64,000 nt of DNA from a virus, in IMG/VR virus record IMGVR_UViG_3300025168_000038, positions 44,144 to 108,143 of that record. One strand, written 5' to 3'. The position numbers and the translations under genes are program-made. How positions within the stretch are numbered: the stretch's first letter is position 1; each line of letters opens with the position of its first letter. Of this stretch, positions 60,801 through 64,000 are shown piece after piece. Under the pieces are notes generated by a model. That model did not search any database and had not been told where the DNA came from. It was given only the letters and a program-made list of their open reading frames with translations.

Positions 60801-63800
60801 CTGCAAATTCACTTAAATCTAAAGCTAAATTTACTGTACCACCATTGGTTACAGTTGCTCCTCCATCTAACCCTGTTGCTGTGTTTATTACAAAGCTTGA
60901 CATTGTGCCTTGAGGATTACTAAATGATGTAGTATAAGTACCACCATCATTTTGTGTAAGTGTTAATGTTATTGTAGAAGAACCTGAGTCACTAAAGCCA
61001 GTAATCATGTTATCATATGCAGAGTTAGATTCTGCTGAACTACCACCTGACCAAGTAACTGTACCACCAACAGCTAAAGCATTTGTTGATGTATTAAATG
61101 TCAGACCACTGTCACTTGTAATGTTTGACGCACTGTTCCATATTGATATTCTTCCTGCAGATCCAGAACCTGTTACATTACCAACTTGGGTATTATCTAT
61201 CTTCTGCCAAGCATCTGTTGCTTGATCAGAAAATACTGCCCAATCTCCTACGGCCCAATCTGTGATGCCATCTAGGTTAGTAGATCCTGCTACTGAAACT
61301 ATGTAGTATTCCCCTACTGTTCCTGATCCACTTGATAATGTTGGTGAGTTTGTACTTGCGTTCCATACCCCATCATATTTTAATACTCCTGTTACAGCTG
61401 TATTAATAGCTGTTTGTATTTGTGCTCCTGTTGCTAAGTTAGAAGAAGAAGAACTTACTGTACCTGTATTAGCTGTTACTGTAACCCCAGTAGTTCCACT
61501 TACCTGAATTGTGTTTGCGTTACCTGCAGATACAGTATTTACCTGCCCAGTTCCTCCTGTAGTTACACCAGTTACTCTACCGTATGCATCTACTGTAATA
61601 TTGTCTATCTTAGTACTGTTAGATGTAGAACCGTAAGTTCCAGCTCCTACACCACCAGTTGCCATGTTAATAGTAATTGTTTCATTACTACCTTGGTTAG
61701 TTGTAAAATTACCACCAGTTGTTAAGTTTGTACCTGCGGCTATAGTTATAGTTGCATTGTTTGCTGCAGAAGGTATACTTGGAAAAGAGGTAAGGTTACC
61801 TGCTCCGTTAACATACTGTGAAGAACTACCTGCCATTGTAATAGCAAGAGTACCTGATGTAGTTACTGCTGAACCTGTGTTAAATGCATTTCCTCCATGA
61901 GAAATTCCTACACTTGTTACAGTTCCTGTGTTAGTTGTAGCAGAAGTATTTATAGTAACAGTTGCTCCGCTTCGTACTGTTGTTATATTAGTACCCCCTG
62001 CTATATCTACACTTTCTCCATTTGAAATTGTTTCACTTCCTCCACTATCTGCTGTTAAAGTCCAAGTTGACATTGAACCTCCTGATGAAGTTACATATCC
62101 ACTATCATTAGTCCACTGAGAAATGTTTCCACTTTTGTTTGTGAGGGTATTAGTTGATGAAGCTGTTATGTATCCTGATCCGTTACTAAGTTGGTTATTG
62201 TTAGTTATTGTATTATTTAATGTTACACTACCTGATGTACCTCCTCCACTTAGTCCAGTTCCTGCCACTACTGCTGTTATATCACCCTGTGGCACACCAG
62301 ATATAGCGTTATCTACATAAGTTTTATTAGCCGCATCTGTGCCTGATGATACTGTATCAATACCTTGTATTCTACCTGTACCTGTAAGAGTAATACCTGT
62401 TTTTACAGTTAATACGCCAGGTAGATAGGACGTGGTATCAGCTCTATTAATATATGCATTACTTCTTCCTGCCCATCCACTGCTCCAATTATCAGGAGAA
62501 GAGTTAATTTCCAGTCCTGCCTCAGCATTTAAATAAACTGATTCACCTGTTTGACCTGTAGCATAAGAAGATGACTCACCTGCATTAAGTACAAGTTGTT
62601 GACCACTTTGAGTATCAATTCTTGATGTTTGTATACCACCTGAATTTGTAAATACTCCTACACCGCTAAATGTTTTAGTACCCGCTATACTTTGTGTACC
62701 TGTAGTTCTTACAACTGTACTGTCTAATTGAATAGTTCCTGTTGAAGTTATTGTACCACCTGTAATACCATTTGTAGTTGCTACAGACGTTACACCACTA
62801 CTTACACCACTAACAGCATTGTCTACATAAGCTTTAGTTGTAAAATTAGCTGCAGCAACCGGTGTTATACCAGATACTAAACCACCAAAAATTCCTGTTG
62901 TAGCTACATTTAAACCTGCATAACTTCTTAGTAATCCTAAAGTCTCAAGACCATCACTTACTCTAATAGCAGAATTAGCCGCTACTCTAGTCATAGTAAG
63001 TCCATTAATATTTATACCAGAATCAGTTGAAGAAATAAATGATGTAGCGGTAGCTGTACCTGCAAAAGTTGCATTTTGACTAGCATCTAGGACAAGTGCC
63101 AAAGTATCTTGTGTATAAAATCTCATTAATGAACCTAATGAAATTGCTCTTATATTTAAATTATCTCTGTCAGATGAATCTAAAGAAATTGCAGCTCTAG
63201 CTGTACCTGTATCAGTTAAATAAATATTATCTTCTGCATAAACATCTCCACTAGCTATCATATTCCCTGTTACATTAACACCTGTGTTTGTGGTTTCAAA
63301 CTTTTTAGAATCATTGTAAAATAAATCTACAGCAGCATTCTCAGTTAAAGTAATCCATCTTTTACCACTTCCATAAGTTTGAAAATACATATTATCAGAA
63401 GCTTGTATATACAGGTCTCCTGTGCCTGTGTCATTTATATAGCTATTACTTGCATTGTGGTATATTTGAAGGTCATCAACAGTTCCAAAATTAGCTTTTA
63501 CACCATCATTAAACCTTGCGTTTTTAAGAAACCTATTTACTTCATATTGTCCATCAATTTTAAAGTATTCTGCATCCCCACCCGCACCATTATCACATTG
63601 GAACGATATGATAGCATTATCTGCACGTTGCATAATATACATATCACCAGAAGTATTCTCTAGATAATTATCACTGCCATCGTTATATATTTTCAAGTCT
63701 GAACTTGATCCAAAGATTACCCTATTGGTACCCATGGCTATATTTCCAGTCATTGTACCACCAGTTAGTTCTAAGTATCTACCATCAAGATCAACTGTAA

Positions 63801-64000
63801 CAGAAGAAAGACCATTTCGTGCTGCAGTAAGAACACCTGTACCTGTATTAAAACTTAAACTAGTTAAATAATAATTAGTAGTAGTATCTGTAGCATTAAT
63901 TGTAATAGTATCACCAGATCTAGCAGTAGTAACATTAGTACCACCTGCAATAGCTAATGTATCATTATTACTATTTGCTGTAGCTGTCCCATTATCAGCT
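57877..64000 (-). CDS. Long tail fibre with C-terminal peptidase S74 intramolecular chaperone; 5' end outside window
   Basis: Frame stays open from 63753 to the window end (ADNGTATANSNNDTLAIAGG...); C-terminal FSDERLK...GVIAQE...YGNLVGYLIEAVK. Confidence 0.85.
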   Translation of the reverse strand, partial: ADNGTATANSNNDTLAIAGGTNVTTARSGDTITINATDTTTNYYLTSLSFNTGTGVLTAARNGLSSVTVDLDGRYLELTGGTMTGNIAMGTNRVIFGSSSDLKIYNDGSDNYLENTSGDMYIMQRADNAIISFQCDNGAGGDAEYFKIDGQYEVNRFLKNARFNDGVKANFGTVDDLQIYHNASNSYINDTGTGDLYIQASDNMYFQTYGSGKRWITLTENAAVDLFYNDSKKFETTNTGVNVTGNMIASGDVYAEDNIYLTDTGTARAAISLDSSDRDNLNIRAISLGSLMRFYTQDTLALVLDASQNATFAGTATATSFISSTDSGININGLTMTRVAANSAIRVSDGLETLGLLRSYAGLNVATTGIFGGLVSGITPVAAANFTTKAYVDNAVSGVSSGVTSVATTNGITGGTITSTGTIQLDSTVVRTTGTQSIAGTKTFSGVGVFTNSGGIQTSRIDTQSGQQLVLNAGESSSYATGQTGESVYLNAEAGLEINSSPDNWSSGWAGRSNAYINRADTTSYLPGVLTVKTGITLTGTGRIQGIDTVSSGTDAANKTYVDNAISGVPQGDITAVVAGTGLSGGGTSGSVTLNNTITNNNQLSNGSGYITASSTNTLTNKSGNISQWTNDSGYVTSSGGSMSTWTLTADSGGSETISNGESVDIAGGTNITTVRSGATVTINTSATTNTGTVTSVGISHGGNAFNTGSAVTTSGTLAITMAGSSSQYVNGAGNLTSFPSIPSAANNATITIAAGTNLTTGGNFTTNQGSNETITINMATGGVGAGTYGSTSNSTKIDNITVDAYGRVTGVTTGGTGQVNTVSAGNANTIQVSGTTGVTVTANTGTVSSSSSNLATGAQIQTAINTAVTGVLKYDGVWNASTNSPTLSSGSGTVGEYYIVSVAGSTNLDGITDWAVGDWAVFSDQATDAWQKIDNTQVGNVTGSGSAGRISIWNSASNITSDSGLTFNTSTNALAVGGTVTWSGGSSAESNSAYDNMITGFSDSGSSTITLTLTQNDGGTYTTSFSNPQGTMSSFVINTATGLDGGATVTNGGTVNLALDLSEFADSGTLVGTDHLISLDGNAERKSTISSIPLSIFNNNSGFTSFAEPGIFSGGGTPTLASGVTGAEIRSLIGAGTSSSAGVTSVGTSGSVNGLTLSGGTITSTGTVTLGGTLSINNGDWSGTDLSVANGGTGSSTASGARSNLGVVNDTGTPAILSNGSSPSLNSGISAAEVRSLIGAGTGSGTMTGFGVSNLASGQGTTFTISNGQTVGIIGGTNISSVVSTANETITLNYDGPLPAITTNGSTPSLASGITAAEVRSLIGAGTSSSAGVTSVATSTGLTGGTITSTGTLSLNLNGLATTATGGNADFFAVVNSSGSQFKIAAGNISNSTFENDANYITSSSVGNGQIDGRTSGNGLSGSMDATANQSGNTTFTVTSNATTAATASTIAYRDSSADLNVRLLRANYANQSTISGAIAFRVNNSSDNYTRYCSSPSAIRTFIGAASSSVVSGVTSVATSGSVNGLTLSGGTITSTGTVTLGGTLSISNSDWSGTDLSVANGGTGSSTASGARSNLGVVNANNATITIAGADGIRINSGASGNFTTNQSSNETITVTMDYAGTDNFILASVDATGSAIATTDKIIYSDVSNNDIQYGNVSDLPFTNNNGDITNVSAGDGLTGGGSSGSVSVAVDYVGSDNIILDAPNTATGTLSTSDQILVSSASTTNVAKSTISNLPFTNNSGDITNVSAGTGMSGGGSSGSVTLNCTITNNNQLTNGAGYTTSVGDITNVSAGSGLTGGGASGSVSLAVDYGTSGLINDAPGGSGTPDVDDELLISTSSSGTGATVKYTLNDLPFLQTGTSSFSNLTVTNTLNVRGAIDLADNDILRFGTGDDIEMFFSGSDMFMDINNGEDFKIRDGNSGNATRFTFDADGGNFTATGNITAFSDERLKDDIETLDGSKVLDMRGVSYTKDGKAGSGVIAQELEKVAPELVMTNEKEDGMKSVAYGNLVGYLIEAVKDQQKQIDELKAQINDISN
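59254..60573 (-). repeat. Two 204-nt (68-aa) intragenic repeats at 59254-59457 and 60370-60573
   Basis: GVTSVxTSGSVNGLTLSGG...GARSNLGVVN, 65/68 aa identical. Confidence 0.85.

Noticed and set aside
675-63663. Numerous plus-strand ORFs in the track other than nrdB/nrdA (e.g. 675-860, 1870-2193, 3283-3750, 21037-21450, 58079-58558, 60272-60775)
   Set aside because: Antisense shadows of long minus-strand genes, with no recognisable motifs.
63751-63753. ORF-track start of the tail fibre
   Set aside because: Frame is open to the window end; the true start lies outside.
57877-64000. Diversity-generating retroelement or invertible fibre cassette
   Set aside because: No reverse transcriptase or recombinase in the window; repeat differences are synonymous rather than adenine-specific.
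1-64000. tRNA, rRNA or CRISPR arrays
   Set aside because: Intergenic gaps are short and AT-rich; no cloverleaf or repeat-spacer pattern seen by eye.

Overview
AT-rich fragment of a large crAss-like (Crassvirales-related) podophage genome, most likely infecting a Flavobacteriia/Bacteroidota host (TAnnTTTG promoter elements, A-rich non-Shine-Dalgarno starts, Flavobacteria-type class Id RNR). Almost all genes are on the minus strand and read right to left as follows. A tail fibre with an S74 intramolecular chaperone (truncated at the window end) and a small adhesin-like gene; Cys-rich FN3/VWA proteins; a calcineurin-like phosphoesterase; an IHF-like protein, two tail ring/tubular proteins and a 2219-aa tail stabilisation protein carrying a VWA insertion; putative ejected cargo proteins (1568, 841, 934, 1103 aa); a 4387-aa virion RNA polymerase (DFDID motif plus zincin domain) and a 1929-aa partner; an outer-membrane beta-barrel cassette; an oppositely oriented nrdB-nrdA pair; a 3TM holin; small very basic proteins; and further fibre-like genes (the last truncated at the window start). 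The most striking unexplained structure is a recurrent [K/M/F/Y]-[A/K/Q]-[Q/E/K]-x-G-(G/N) motif that divides the cargo proteins into discrete modules, suggesting protease-processed virion polyproteins that release many small effectors. Several real-looking micro-ORFs missed by the ORF track were found, including a 27-aa CDGSH Fe-S peptide. All functional calls come from motif recognition and recalled family knowledge, not from database searches.
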